In this document: positions 49,701 through 60,899 of the stretch, one piece after another
Layout: every line of letters starts with the position of its first letter
Position numbering within the stretch: position 1 is the first letter of the stretch
NCBI RefSeq assembly: GCF_001194135.2
Contig: NC_068992.1
Location: 49,944,330 to 50,008,329, forward strand
Direction: 5' to 3'
Origin: Octopus bimaculoides
Lineage: Eukaryota
DNA length: 64,000 nt
The notes under the pieces: model-generated
Told to the model about the DNA's origin: nothing
The model's database searches: none
Seen by the model: the letters and a program-made list of their open reading frames with translations, nothing else
Program-made: the position numbers and the translations under genes

Positions 49701-49919
49701 AGTGGTGTTGGTAGTAGTAGTAGCAGCAGCAGTAGCCGATTAAAAAAAACAAAAAAACAAAAAAAATAAGGGATCATTAAACAAACAGCCGGTTCTTACC
49801 CTGTTTGCTGTGTTGACATTTACATTGTTTGCCATACTAAGTAATTCCTTTAAACCAGCCAAGTTACCTTCCTCGGCACTCTGGAATAACGCTGCCATGA
49901 CCACATTCTCGGCTTTGTC
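21126..49919 (-). CDS. DAPK1: Death-associated protein kinase 1-like Roco protein, 3' part (ankyrin repeats-ROC-COR-death domain), 15 exons
   Basis: Phase-compatible GT-AG exons encode serial ankyrin repeats, P-loop [27 protein letters not shown] and a death domain ([27 protein letters not shown]), ending SSLSR-stop. This domain order is diagnostic of DAPK1. Confidence 0.95.
22397..23630 (-). mobile_element. Array of five head-to-tail SINE-A copies separated by (AAT)n in the last DAPK1 intron
   Basis: Copies at ~22397-22607, 22680-22893, 22915-23122, 23149-23364 and 23424-23630. Confidence 0.85.
23785..23973 (-). CDS. DAPK1: DAPK1 COR exon ([20 protein letters not shown]...[10 protein letters not shown])
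   Basis: 189 nt, ttcaacag / GTAAGT, phase 0/0. Confidence 0.93.
24452..24830 (+). mobile_element. tRNA-derived CORE-like SINE family B
   Basis: 'aggcgcagaagtggctgtgtggt.agtagcttgctt...ggcaccttgggcaagtgtcttctact...' with a CORE-like CCTTGGGCAAGT motif. Other copies at ~28300, 36283-36670 (-), 37514-37905 (-), 38560, 40080, 42285 and 57780-58200. Confidence 0.8.
25455..25750 (+). mobile_element. SINE family C (CAT-repeat-flanked, 'gtttaacgtccgctttccatgctagcatgggttggacg...ggatgcccttcctaa')
   Basis: Near-identical copies at 28470-28820 (opposite orientation), 41106-41200, 47250-47450, 53300-53550 and others. Confidence 0.8.
25883..26145 (-). CDS. DAPK1: DAPK1 ROC exon ([19 protein letters not shown]...MKAQIVK)
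   Basis: 263 nt, ttgtag / GTTGGT, phase 1/0; THAD (G4) motif. Confidence 0.92.
26664..26858 (-). CDS. DAPK1: DAPK1 ROC exon ([22 protein letters not shown]...[15 protein letters not shown])
   Basis: 195 nt, ccctag / GTAAGT, phase 1/1; WDFSG (G3) motif. Confidence 0.94.
27090..27330 (+). mobile_element. RTE-clade LINE 3' fragment
   Basis: Frame reads [39 protein letters not shown]...: the RTE 'I..RRL...GH..R' C-terminal motif, with a stop. Confidence 0.7.
27979..28086 (-). CDS. DAPK1: DAPK1 ROC exon ([35 protein letters not shown])
   Basis: 108 nt, ctttcag acceptor, GTTTGT donor, phase 1/1; TKGID (G2) motif. Confidence 0.88.
29141..29330 (-). CDS. DAPK1: DAPK1 ROC domain exon with P-loop ([10 protein letters not shown]...[24 protein letters not shown]...REK)
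   Basis: 190 nt, gcacag acceptor, weak GTTTGT donor, phase 0/1; GxxxxGKS motif. Confidence 0.9.
29959..30036 (-). CDS. DAPK1: DAPK1 exon, end of ankyrin region ([26 protein letters not shown])
   Basis: 78 nt, catcag / GTAAGT. Confidence 0.92.
31352..31450 (-). CDS. DAPK1: DAPK1 ankyrin exon ([33 protein letters not shown])
   Basis: 99 nt, tttacag / GTAACA. Confidence 0.93.
32673..32774 (-). CDS. DAPK1: DAPK1 ankyrin exon ([34 protein letters not shown])
   Basis: 102 nt, cttacag / GTCAGT. Confidence 0.92.
34592..34604 (+). other. Untrimmed Illumina adapter (AGATCGGAAGAGC) at a contig end
   Basis: Exact 13-mer immediately before the N-run starting at 34605. Confidence 0.9.
36022..36120 (-). 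CDS. DAPK1: DAPK1 ankyrin exon ([33 protein letters not shown])
   Basis: 99 nt, poly-T tract + cctag / GTAAGT. Confidence 0.93.
36749..36964 (-). mobile_element. LINE (RTE-like) 3' fragment
   Basis: ORF ...[30 protein letters not shown] matches the 'GRPR.RW.D.I...DR..W' RT C-terminal tail. Confidence 0.55.
41230..41400 (-). mobile_element. RTE-like LINE 3' fragment
   Basis: Minus frame [11 protein letters not shown] followed by GRPKK after a 1-nt shift. Confidence 0.5.
41987..42085 (-). CDS. DAPK1: DAPK1 ankyrin exon ([33 protein letters not shown])
   Basis: 99 nt, tttacag / GTAAGG. Confidence 0.93.
45123..45221 (-). CDS. DAPK1: DAPK1 ankyrin exon ([33 protein letters not shown])
   Basis: 99 nt, ccctag / GTAAGT. 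Confidence 0.93.
45392..45773 (+). mobile_element. Full-length tRNA-derived SINE (family E)
   Basis: A-box 'tggcccagtggttagggc' and B-box-like 'ggttttgaatccc'; second copy at ~56553-56824. Confidence 0.75.
46298..46514. mobile_element. AT-rich foldback/MITE-like element with internal 21-bp repeats
   Basis: ~30-bp inverted ends 'atatatataaatatatagt[t/a]ttagggaaa'; internal 'tataatataatacaaagtaaa' x3. Confidence 0.4.
46874..46972 (-). CDS. DAPK1: DAPK1 ankyrin exon ([33 protein letters not shown])
   Basis: 99 nt, ttttcag / GTAGGC. Confidence 0.93.
47804..47902 (-). CDS. DAPK1: DAPK1 ankyrin exon ([33 protein letters not shown])
   Basis: 99 nt, ttttag / GTAAGC. Confidence 0.93.
48671..48876 (+). 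repeat. 26-bp minisatellite (TGGTGCCGGC[A/G]CAAGTGCTTTTCATC) x >=8 inside a SINE-C copy, running into a gap
   Basis: Units start at 48671, 48697, 48723, 48749, 48775, 48801, 48827 and 48853. Confidence 0.95.
49495..49735. repeat. Mixed (GTA)/(GTG)/(GAT) trinucleotide low-complexity tract
   Basis: Direct reading; a similar (ACT)/(ACC) tract lies at ~63720-64000. Confidence 0.9.
49800..49919 (-). CDS. DAPK1: DAPK1 first ankyrin exon ([40 protein letters not shown])
   Basis: ttctag acceptor, GTAAGA donor, 120 nt, phase 0/0. Confidence 0.9.
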
Positions 49920-52471
49920 CTAGAATAAACAACAATAAATAACAACAACACATAAACAAAAAGCAGAAACAAGACAAATATAATGTTACAAAAAAAAATA
50001 CCAGTTAAGGTTTTTTTTATACAAACAATCTACATCAGTGGAATGAATATATATATACATATATATATATACACACACATATATATATATATATAAATAC
50101 AACTCGTTCAGAAATATTTGCTGTTTACATATAACTGTGTGGTTAAGAAGCTTGCTTTTCAATCACATAGTATGCCACTTTGAGCAAGTGCTTTCTGCTA
50201 AAACTCAGCTCTGGGTTGACAAAAGCCTTGTGATTAGATTTCAAAGGAGAAAAGGGGCTGCAGATATACTTCATGAAACAACCTGTAATCTTCATGCTTG
50301 CAACATCTGTGGGCATCTTTGCAAGTTGATGGTGGGACTCAAATGTCACATTCCACACAAGCATTATGACTGACAAAGAAAGTGCAAGTTGTCAGATCCT
50401 CGTACATCAAAATCGATGGGACAGTCAATCATATATATCTATACATGTATGTATGGGAGAATTTACGAAAAAAACAACAGACGAAGACAGGTGGTGTAAA
50501 CAAAAAATGGGTGTATTAGTTTAACGCTAGGGAATAGAGAAGGTCTTTGATGTTTTGAGCCTACGCTCTTCAACTGAAAGGAACACAGAAAGAAACAAGG
50601 TGAGAAACAAGGAGAAAAAACATATAAATGTAGTGGTCAGCAATCTATTATGGCGAATGCCGGACAGAAGGATCACACAGGAGAGCTAAGAAAAAAGGGA
50701 GATGTGCATGTAGGTATATAAGTGTATATGTGTATGTATGGATGAGTGCGTGTCAGGGTCTCCTTATCTTGACAGCATCAAACTGTTGTAAATGAGTGTC
50801 ACCATTATACAAGTGGTATCGTGGAAGCATGTCTGGGCATGGGGAAATATTATCTTGCTTGGAAACAGATGAAGGTTGGCATCAGGAAGGACATCTGTCT
50901 ATAGAAAATCTGTTCCAACACATTCTGGTTGAGCCACCACCACCACCACCCTCACAGCCTCAATTTGCTACCCCCCCCCCACCACAATCTAGCAATCAAC
51001 CCATCCCCCCCACANNNNNNNNNNNNNNNNNNNNNNNNNNNNNNNNNNNNNNNNNNNNNNNNNNNNNNNNNNNNNNNNNNNNNNNNNNNNNNNNNNNNNN
51101 NNNNNNNNNNNNNNNNNNNNNNNNNNNNNNNNNNNNNNNNNNNNNNNNNNNNNNNNNNNNNNNNNNNNNNNNNNNNNNNNNNNNNNNNNNNNNNNNNNNN
51201 NNNNNNNNNNNNNNNNNNNNNNNNNNNNNNNNNNNNNNNNNNNNNNNNNNNNNNNNNNNNNNNNNNNNNNNNNNNNNNNNNNNNNNNNNNNNNNNNNNNN
51301 NNNNNNNNNNNNNNNNNNNNNNNNNNNNNNNNNNNNNNNNNNNNNNNNNNNNNNNNNNNNNNNNNNNNNNNNNNNNNNNNNNNNNNNNNNNNNNNNNNNN
51401 NNNNNNNNNNNNNNNNNNNNNNNNNNNNNNNNNNNNNNNNNNNNNNNNNNNNNNNNNNNNNNNNNNNNNNNNNNNNNNNNNNNNNNNNNNNNNNNNNNNN
51501 NNNNNNNNNNNNNNNNNTGTTTATTAACTTTCAGCTTTCTTTATCAAAAAACAAACAAAAATGTATTGATTGGAATAATTACATGCTGAGTGATGGGAGT
51601 GGGTGGGATGGAGTGTTAGTAATGGTGAAAGAAAAGGAGAGGGTTCAGATGTAATGATGGTGGTGGAATGGGTCAAAAAACACTTGTTATCTTTAAATGT
51701 AGGAGATACTAAAGAACTGATAACAGTGATTCAAAGATAACAGTCATGATTCACACACACACACAGAGTGCGAGGGTGGTGGCAAAGGTAACTAAGGTTA
51801 CAGTGTGGGAATTGTACTTGCTGATAAATAAGGGTGGAAAATTTGTCTGGTCCAAACTAATTAATCCAACTCACTCCTAAGATTTTGTATTTGGTTTGCA
51901 AGATTTTTCTACATAAACCAGTGTGTTGTGACAGATTTTGTTACATTTTTAGGAGGGTCATAATGTCAATAGCAAAAACATGCACTGGTTCTATTTCACT
52001 TCTTTTATTATTATCATTATTAAGGTAGCAAGCTAACAGAATTGTTAGCATCCTGGGCAAATTTTGTCTGTCTTTAAGTTCTGAGTTCAAATCCCATGAA
52101 AGTTGACTTTGCTTTCATCCTTTCAGGGTCAATAAATTAAGTACCAGTGAAACACTGGGATCAGTGTAATCAACTAGTATTGAGCAGAATATTTACTGTA
52201 GCCCATCTTTTACATCAAGACAAAACATGGACATGATAACACTTCTAATCAGTTAAGATCAGAAGCCATGAGAGCCACTGCCTGGTACTGCATCAGGGCA
52301 TTTATAATAATTATTATTATTATCATTATCATTATTATTACTATAATTATTATAACATTGTTATGTGATGGCAGGAACTGCAGAGCTCTGAACTAAATTA
52401 GTTACCTTGCAGTATATAATTTCATCTCTGCTTCTTGGATTTCACCTTAAATTTGACTTGAGTTAATTGTC

Positions 52472-52525
<54 letters not shown>

Positions 52526-55513
52526 ACGAGAGACAAGCAAAAGGATGGAAGAGAGTAATTGGACAATGTCACCAACCTACCTACCTACTGAAAGTGCGTA
52601 GGTTCATATCCCAATGAAAGTAAAATATATATAAAAAAGAAAATCATTAATGTCTGGAAAAGAATCAATTGTTACTGTTAAGTGAGTGGGCAGAAGTGAG
52701 ATGTTTAGATTCATTTTTATTTTCCAAAACTACGATAATAATAGTGTTTTGAATTGAATAAAACTAGTTGATTTTTGTGTTCTGTGTTTTTTTCTTTTTT
52801 CTTTTTTGTTCATTCTAGAATTGAGTTGTTTTATCAATGAAAAACAGTCTGTTACTGGCATCCATATATTTCTTTCAAATGAACTGATGAGATGGGGGGA
52901 ATAACAGCTAGGTGCAATATGGCACCAATAGTAAGGGAATAGTTACATAAAGATAACGGTAATGGTTCATAAGGAATCACCTGTAATGCGAGGAAGGAAG
53001 AATTAATACAGTAAGATGGACACTCAAGTGGAGACCCCTTAGCTGTTGTTACCCTAACCACCAAAGGTCAAGTCTGATCCAGTAGACCAATGGTTCTGGC
53101 AATGCTGACCTTCCTATCCTTTTTAGGGTATGATCATATTTGAGTGAGGGCATGTGGCCTACTGGTTAGGGTGTTGTACTCTTGATTGCAAGATCATAGT
53201 TTCAGTTCCTAGACTAAGCAGTACATCGTGTTCCTGAGCACTTCATTTCATATTGCTCTGCGATCCCTTTGACTACTGACACACCATGAACATCATCATC
53301 ATCATCGTTTAACGTCTGCTTTCCATGCTAGCATGGGTTGGACGATTTGACTGAGGATTGGTGAAACCAGGTGGCTACACCAGGCTCCAATCTGATTTGG
53401 CAGAGTTTCTACAGCTGGATGCCCTTCCTAACGCCAACCACTCCGAGAGTGTAGTGGGTGCTTTTACGTGTCACCCGCATGAAGGCCAGTCAGGAGGTAC
53501 TGGCAACGACCATGCTCAAAATGGTGTATTTTACATGCCACCTGCACACACAACACAAACATTTAATCACTATAAACAAGTCGTCTGTGCAGGTTGTTCA
53601 GCAAGAAATTGCTGAACTTGGACTTGAGAGACTTCCAATTGTTTTAAAGAAGATGATTATGACATTTTAACAACTGGTTTTACAACTGGATGCCCTTCCT
53701 ACTACGAACCATTCATTTATTACAACATCATCATCATCGTCATCATTCTTTTAATGTCCACTTTTCTGTGTTTGTATGGGTCAGGCAGAATTTTTTGAGG
53801 CAGATTTTCAATGGGTGGGTGCCCTTCCTGTTGCCAACCCTAGTTTGTTTCCATTGAAATTAAATATTTCCCTACAATTAGACATGTTTTCATGAAAGAT
53901 TGGAATTAATTGGCACTATTTGTATGGTAGTAAAATGCTCATTTACAACTTACATGTGATGTCAAGACGAGGAGGTACAAACATACAAACACACACACAC
54001 AAGTATGTGTATGTGTGCGTATGTGATGAACTTCTTTCAGTCTCTGTTTATCAAATCCACTCACAAGGTTTTGATTGACCTGGGGCTGTAGTAGAAAATG
54101 CCACGGAGTAAGACTGAACCTAAAACCACATGGTTAGGAAGCAAACTTTTTAACTACACAGCCATGCCTGTGCTTCACGCAGGTGTGAAATCATTTTTGA
54201 TCTTATTTTTCAGGTCAACAAATTCGGAAATAAATTTACGTGACTTGCACAATGAGGTGTACTATAACTTAAACTGATCCCAACTTATTTGACAAACTCC
54301 AGAAGGATGAAAAGCATAAAATCAACCTTAATGGTATTTGAATCCCAAGGATAAAACAGACGTTAAACAACATAGCAATGGCAGCTATAGAGAAGAAACT
54401 ACACCCATGAAACCACAGTACAGCTGTTGTATATGATATTGATTGATATGGTGTATATTTAATATATAATTCACAAAGCTATACCTAATTTGCATATTGA
54501 TGTTGATACTATTTTTTTCTTACAACTGCTAACTATTTTTTAGTGGTTGTTGAACTAACACTAACATAGCGAATCAAATCAGTTCTTGTGTCAAGCAGGA
54601 TGTATTTTCTCCATAGCTTACAAGCTGTTTCTTCTCAGATTCACAATGAATTATTAAACTCTGATAATAACTTTAGAGAATTCAAAATGTTACAATAGCA
54701 ATAAGATTATAATTTGACAGATTAATTAATAACCATCACAGTTACCAGCGCCACCTTTGTCTTTATGCCCTCTTTTACCATGTTGGCATGGACTGAATAA
54801 AAACTACATGAGGCAATTTTCCTATGGTTAGTTGCCCTTTCCTGTCACCAAATCCATGAAATTTAGAGTTATTCTACTGGTTTTCATACATTGAGATCAA
54901 TGAAACCATAGAGTGATAAGGTATATCGTTTACAAGAAATTTAAACATGCATTACCGTTCTTTTTTCTTTTGCTCAAATGGTTACAAGCAGATGATAAAC
55001 ACATGTTCACATGTGATCTAATTTCACAGTGGACTAAATACTTATAGATATTAGTCAAATGTCATCATCATCATCATTTTAAAATCGAGTTTGCCAAGCT
55101 TGAGAAAGAGAGAAGATGGTGACAATGTGTCAAGATGTAAACTAAAGGTACAAGGAAGTGAATGTATGTGGATTGGACAGGGTGAGTGAGCAGCGAGTTC
55201 ATGAGAGTGCAAAGGAAGACAGAAGAGGAAAAGGAGAAGGCAGTAAATATATACGTAATCCAAATATGAAGACTGTTTTCTTATTTGCATTATATTTCAC
55301 TCTTTGCTAAATCCGCACATTGGTTTTTACAGATGTGACGCCTAGATTTTTTACACCTGAAGAATCTTGATCGTCCATATGTCAACAATTCAAAAGTATA
55401 GATAGACTAAAGCTTAAGCTGAGTGCTGTATTTGAAACACCCCATCTTTCTACCCTTGCAGGACCTATATATATATATATGCACGTCTCTGTGTGTGTGT
55501 GTGTGTGCCCATA

Positions 55514-55851
55514 TCAGGTCATCCCATAAGTTCTGTCCGATTTTACCTTTTTTCAAAATTGAATGAAATTTAATAGTATTTTAGAATGTCTAATGAAATT
55601 AAAAATTATTTTTATGCATTTGCGTACATTTAAACTAATTAAATATTTTATAGAATAATAGAATTAAAATTTCTTTCATTAAAACCCTTTCTAACATGAA
55701 TATATCCAAAGAGCATTCGAGGCACATAATACTTTATGAGTACAAAAAAGGAAACTCTGCAGCCGAAGCGACTCGAAACATACACTCAGTTTATGGGAAA
55801 GAATGCTTGAATGAAAGAACTTGCAGAAGATGGTTTGCAAAATTCAGAAGT
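55514..55851 (+). mobile_element. 5' part of a mariner transposon (left TIR + N-terminal HTH of transposase), truncated
   Basis: TA|TCAGGTCATCCCATAAGTTCTGTCCG TIR-like start; ORF MNISKEHSRHIILYEYKKGNSAAEATRNIHSVYGKECLNERTCRRWFAKFRSG is a typical mariner N-terminus. Confidence 0.85.
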
Positions 55852-57155
55852 GGCCTTTCAATCACCGACGGAATTCCGCCGCTTCTTTCTCTTTGCTCCT
55901 AATTGTTCCCGATCGCTCCTGGCAGTTACAATGCCTTGTGGTTTAGTACAAAGTCAGACCTGAGTAAACATATCTATGTTCAAAGACATTCCATTTGTGA
56001 CCATCTCATTTTCTTTTTCTTTCTAGGCATGGCATATGTCAAAGACTTCATCATCCATTGATTCTCTTTCTATTTTTAATAATGTATGATGTCATTATAA
56101 ATAGGATTTGTTTGCTATTTCTAGCACAGCCGAGTGACATTCAATGCCTTAGTTAATTCTTACTGCATGAAGAGTCAATGGCTTCGTTAATTCTAATAAT
56201 AACAAACCTTGTCAAAGAGAAAAAGACACACACACACACACATGCAATCATATGTTTTAAGTTTTATTACTTCCTTTTATTAACTCAATTAGGTTACTGT
56301 TTTTTTTTTGGTGACATATTTACAAAAGAATATTTGAACAAAAAAAAAATTAATGACAATAAACTAAAAAAAGAAACTAATAAGTATGTGTGCATGTTGG
56401 CTGGGTGGGGAGGTGTTGGCATAAACTTTGCACTATAATTACAGCTAGGGATACAGAGAAGAAACTGTTGTTACATAACCTCATATCATATCATGTGTGT
56501 GTGAGTGTTTGTGAGTAGAAGTGTGTGTATGTATGTATGTATGTATGTGTGTGTGGAGGTGCAATGGCCCAGTGGTTAGGGCAGTGGACTCGCAGTCATA
56601 GGATCGCGGTTTTGTTTCCCAGACCGGGCATTGTGAGTGTTTATTGAGCAAAAACACCTAAACCTCAACGAGGCTCCAGCAGAGGGGTTGGTGGCGAACC
56701 CTGCTGTACTCTTTCACCACAACTTTCTCTCACTCTTACTTTCTGTTTCTGTTGTGCCTGTAATTCAAAGGGTCAGCCTTGCCACACTGTATATCTCCGA
56801 GAACTACGTTAAGGGTACACGTGTATGTATGTTGTATGTATATATGTGCGGGAGTGCGTGGTTGTGTTTGCTTGTCTTGACATCACATGGTAGTTGTAAA
56901 TGATTATCACTTTCATACGAGTAGTGTCATTCATTACCAATATTCTGTGAAAACATGTCTGGCGATGGGGAAATATTACTTTGTTTGGAAACAGATGAGG
57001 TTTGGCAACAGGAAGGACATCTGACCATAGAAAATCTACCTCAATAAACTTCTGACCTACACAAGCATTGGAAAGTAGATGTTGCAATGATGATGATAAT
57101 GTATGTGTATACACACACACACAGCATATATCTACTTATATATACACATGCATAC

Positions 57156-57187
<32 letters not shown>

Positions 57188-57472
57188 GTACCATTTCATC
57201 TTTCATGTAATTGATTTTGTGCTTTGTTTAGCCTAGGCTGATTCATCACATCACATGATGACGAGAACTGTGTCACACTGTTTTTGATATTCAAGCATAA
57301 CTTGATAAACAAACAAATAAAATAAACCAAAACAAAAAATACAGCCATTAGTATTTTTGTTTTTAGTAATCAATGACAAAACATTAAACTCGTTAGTTTC
57401 AATAGTTTCTGAGATGCCAGATCAGAGACCTCTACACAGTGTTCTTTGCTTCTTAGAGAAGGCTGGTTATAC

Positions 57473-57688
57473 TTTTCTACTCTCGGCACAAGGCCGGAAA
57501 TTTTAGGGGAGGGGGCCAGTCGATTAGATTGACTCCAGTACGCAACTGGTACTTATTTAATCGACCCCGAAAGGATGAAAGGCAAAGTCGACCTCGGCGG
57601 AATTTGAACTCAGAACGTAACGGCAGACGAAATACCGCTAAACATTTGACCCGGCATGCTAACGTTTCTGCCAGCTCGCTGCCTATAT
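57473..57688 (-). mobile_element. Young SINE-A copy with 12-bp target-site duplication GGCTGGTTATAC
   Basis: Direct repeats at 57461-57472 and 57689-57700; most CpGs retained. Confidence 0.9.
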
Positions 57689-57742
57689 GGCTGGTTATAC
57701 TGTCATTCTTCATTCAAGATTTTCTGATTCACAAGACAAGGG

Positions 57743-57777
<35 letters not shown>

Positions 57778-59295
57778 CAGGCTTCTTTCAGTTTCCATCT
57801 ACCTGATCCATATACAAAACTTTCTTCAGTCTGGCTTTAAGGGGAAAACACTTGATCAAGGTGCTGTGTGGTGGGACTGAACCTAAAATGATATGCTCAG
57901 GAATCTTTTATCTTTTACTTGTTTCAGTCATTGGACTGCAGTCATGCTGGAGCATTGCCTTGAATAATTTTTTAGTTGAATGAACTGGCCTTAGTACTTT
58001 TTTCCATTTTTAAGCCTGATACTTATTCTATTGATCTGTTCTGCTGAACTGCTAAGTTACTGGGATGTAAACACAGGCTACAGTTGGCCTGAGGCTATGG
58101 TAGAAGACACTTGCCCATGGTGTGATGCAGTGGGACTGAACCTGGAACCGTGTGGTTGGGAAGCAAACTTCTTAAGCATACAGTCACACTTGCAACCAGA
58201 GAAGCATCAACAAGACCTACAACCACAAGCTTCTTAACTACACAGCTATATCTGCATCTTGGGAGGCATCAAAAACAGCCACAACCGAAACAACAACAAC
58301 AACAATAGCGATTGCAAGAATGTGCATGAAGGTCAATGTTCCATACTTGACCCTGCTTCAGCAAAATGGGGATAGTGTTGACATTCTTTTTCGATATTGG
58401 TTTCAAATTTAGGCACAAGACTTGCAATTTCAGAGGAAGGGATAAATTGATTATATTGACCCTGGTGCTCAACCTTGGTACTTATTTATTTTATCGACCC
58501 CAAAAGGATGAAAGGCAAAGTCAACCTCAGTGGAATTTGAACTCAGTATATAAAGACAGATGAAATTCCACTAAGCAATTTGCCTAACATGCTAACGGTT
58601 CTGCCAGCTCATTACCTTATTCCTTACTGATATCATAACCGATCACTCCCTACTGTTGAAGATTGCTGGAATTTTTTAAAATCCCTTATTTTACAAAGGG
58701 GTGCTGAAAAGTTCTTGGCTTTAAGGGTATCATGAAAGACCTGGTTGGAGACCCAACCTTCTGAGTTCTTTTACAGGGCTTAGAAAAACTGAATGACCAC
58801 TGCAATAAGTGTGCGATTCTGAGAGGGGAATATGTTGAATAAAATCGTAATTAACTGATCCTCCTGTATTTTCTTTTACCCAAAAGTAGGAACATTTTAG
58901 CACTCCCTTGTAAAATGGGCAAAGACTGATAACAAGAAGAGCATCCGGCCATAAAAATCCTGTCTCTAATAATTATTCATTTATTCCATATTAGCATTGA
59001 GAAGCAGTTGTTAAATGAACAAACATATGTGGGACAATTAGCTATGTACAGATATGAATATTTGCATATGACCTGTGAGAGCAGTGCACTTAAATGGATG
59101 TATTTTTCATGTCCTTCCTCTAAATAACCACTCAGGTGTGAAGCAGGTGTAGCACCTGTGTTTCCCTCCAAAACTCTCTGTGTATGTCATATACTGACAC
59201 AACATTTGAAGATAGGGCTACCCTACTTTACAACTCTCTGCACATGGGTATGTGTGTGAGTGTATTTATAAATATATGTGTGTGTGTGTGTGTGA

Positions 59296-59341
<46 letters not shown>

Positions 59342-60688
59342 TTGTTTAAAAGAGTTCCAACACTGTCTGTTTTTTATGTTTTATTTATATTCCTGCAGAA
59401 CCAATGTGGGGTATAGAATATGGAATATACAATATATAATATAATATACAATATATAATATAAAATAAAATAAAATAAAAATGGATGGCACCATGAAATA
59501 AAGTATTGAATGTAGATGAAATATTGAGTGTTCAATATAAAGGATCAAATATATAAATATAAGTATATAAAGGCGACTCGAGTTTCAGGGCTATTTCCCT
59601 TCGTCATGGCCGGTATGACAGACTTTATATATATATATACACATACACACACAAAGATATTATTATCAATAAATAATAATAATATAAGTGGTTAGCAAGC
59701 ATAAAAACTAAAAAGGTAAATTTATAAATTTATAATTATAATTACGGGTACCAGATATTTTTAGCAAAGCTGTATAACTTATATGTATACCATTCTGCTT
59801 AAATAATGGAACTGCAGATACAACATCTTTACGTATTTCACGTCTGTTTTCATACCTCCACTTCACTCTGTATTTCATATCTTCTCTAGAACAACTATTG
59901 CTTAACCATTTTCTTGCACAGTCTCTGATGAAGGGATATATAAAATATCCTGGAAACAGCTGTAAGACCTTCTCTTTATAAATGTTCTGAAATCTTTCAC
60001 AGCTCTGGAGTTTTTATCTCATTCTGTTAATTTTTTATATATATACGCATGCTAATATATGACCTACNNNNNNNNNNNNNNNNNNNNNNNNNNNNNNNNN
60101 NNNNNNNNNNNNNNNNNNNNNNNNNNNNNNNNNNNNNNNNNNNNNNNNNNNNNNNNNNNNNNNNNNNNNNNNNNNNNNNNNNNNNNNNNNNNNNNNNNNN
60201 NNNNNNNNNNNNNNNNNNNNNNNNNNNNNNNNNNNNNNNNNNNNNNNNNNNNNNNNNNNNNNNNNNNNNNNNNNNNNNNNNNNNNNNNNNNNNNNNNNNN
60301 NNNNNNNNNNNNNNNNNNNNNNNNNNNNNNNNNNNNNNNNNNNNNNNNNNNNNNNNNNNNNNNNNNNNNNNNNNNNNNNNNNNNNNNNNNNNNNNNNNNN
60401 NNNNNNNNNNNNNNNNNNNNNNNNNNNNNNNNNNNNNNNNNNNNNNNNNNNNNNNNNNNNNNNNNNNNNNNNNNNNNNNNNNNNNNNNNNNNNNNNNNNN
60501 NNNNNNNNNNNNNNNNNNNNNNNGTTGGTTAGTTTCATTAAGCCACACACATTTTGTGAAATCTCTTCCCAAAGGTAAGTGCCTTTCGACTTTCTAAAAA
60601 GGTCCTTTTCTCAAGCTTAACACTTTGAGAAAAAATCTCTCCAAATATATATATATATATATACATAACACACACACATATATATATA

Positions 60689-60814
60689 CAGGGTGATTCA
60701 AAAGTCGCCATGCATAAGAACAATTTATTTTTTTTATAAGAAACAGTTTTTTTATTTAACTGTTTCTTATAAAAAAATAAATTTTTCCTATGTATGGTGA
60801 CTTTTGAATCACCC

Positions 60815-60816
<2 letters not shown>
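60689..60816. mobile_element. 128-bp Tc1/mariner-type MITE, almost fully palindromic
   Basis: TA|CAGGGTGATTCAAAAGTC[G/A]CCAT ... ATGGTGACTTTTGAATCACCCTG|TA, plus a second inner inverted repeat. Confidence 0.85.
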
Positions 60817-60856
<40 letters not shown>

Positions 60857-60899
60857 TATGCATATATATGCATGATACATAGATACATATATAGAACAA

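Noticed and set aside
52406-52445. Candidate 40-nt DAPK1 exon (EIQEAEMKLYTA)
   Set aside because: It would exit in phase 2 while the 49919 exon needs phase 0, and it has no similarity to the DAPK CaM-binding region.
58977-59171. Minus-strand ORF EGNTGATPASHLSGYLEEGHEKYIHLSALLSQ as a DAPK1 exon
   Set aside because: No kinase or CaM-region similarity and a poor acceptor.
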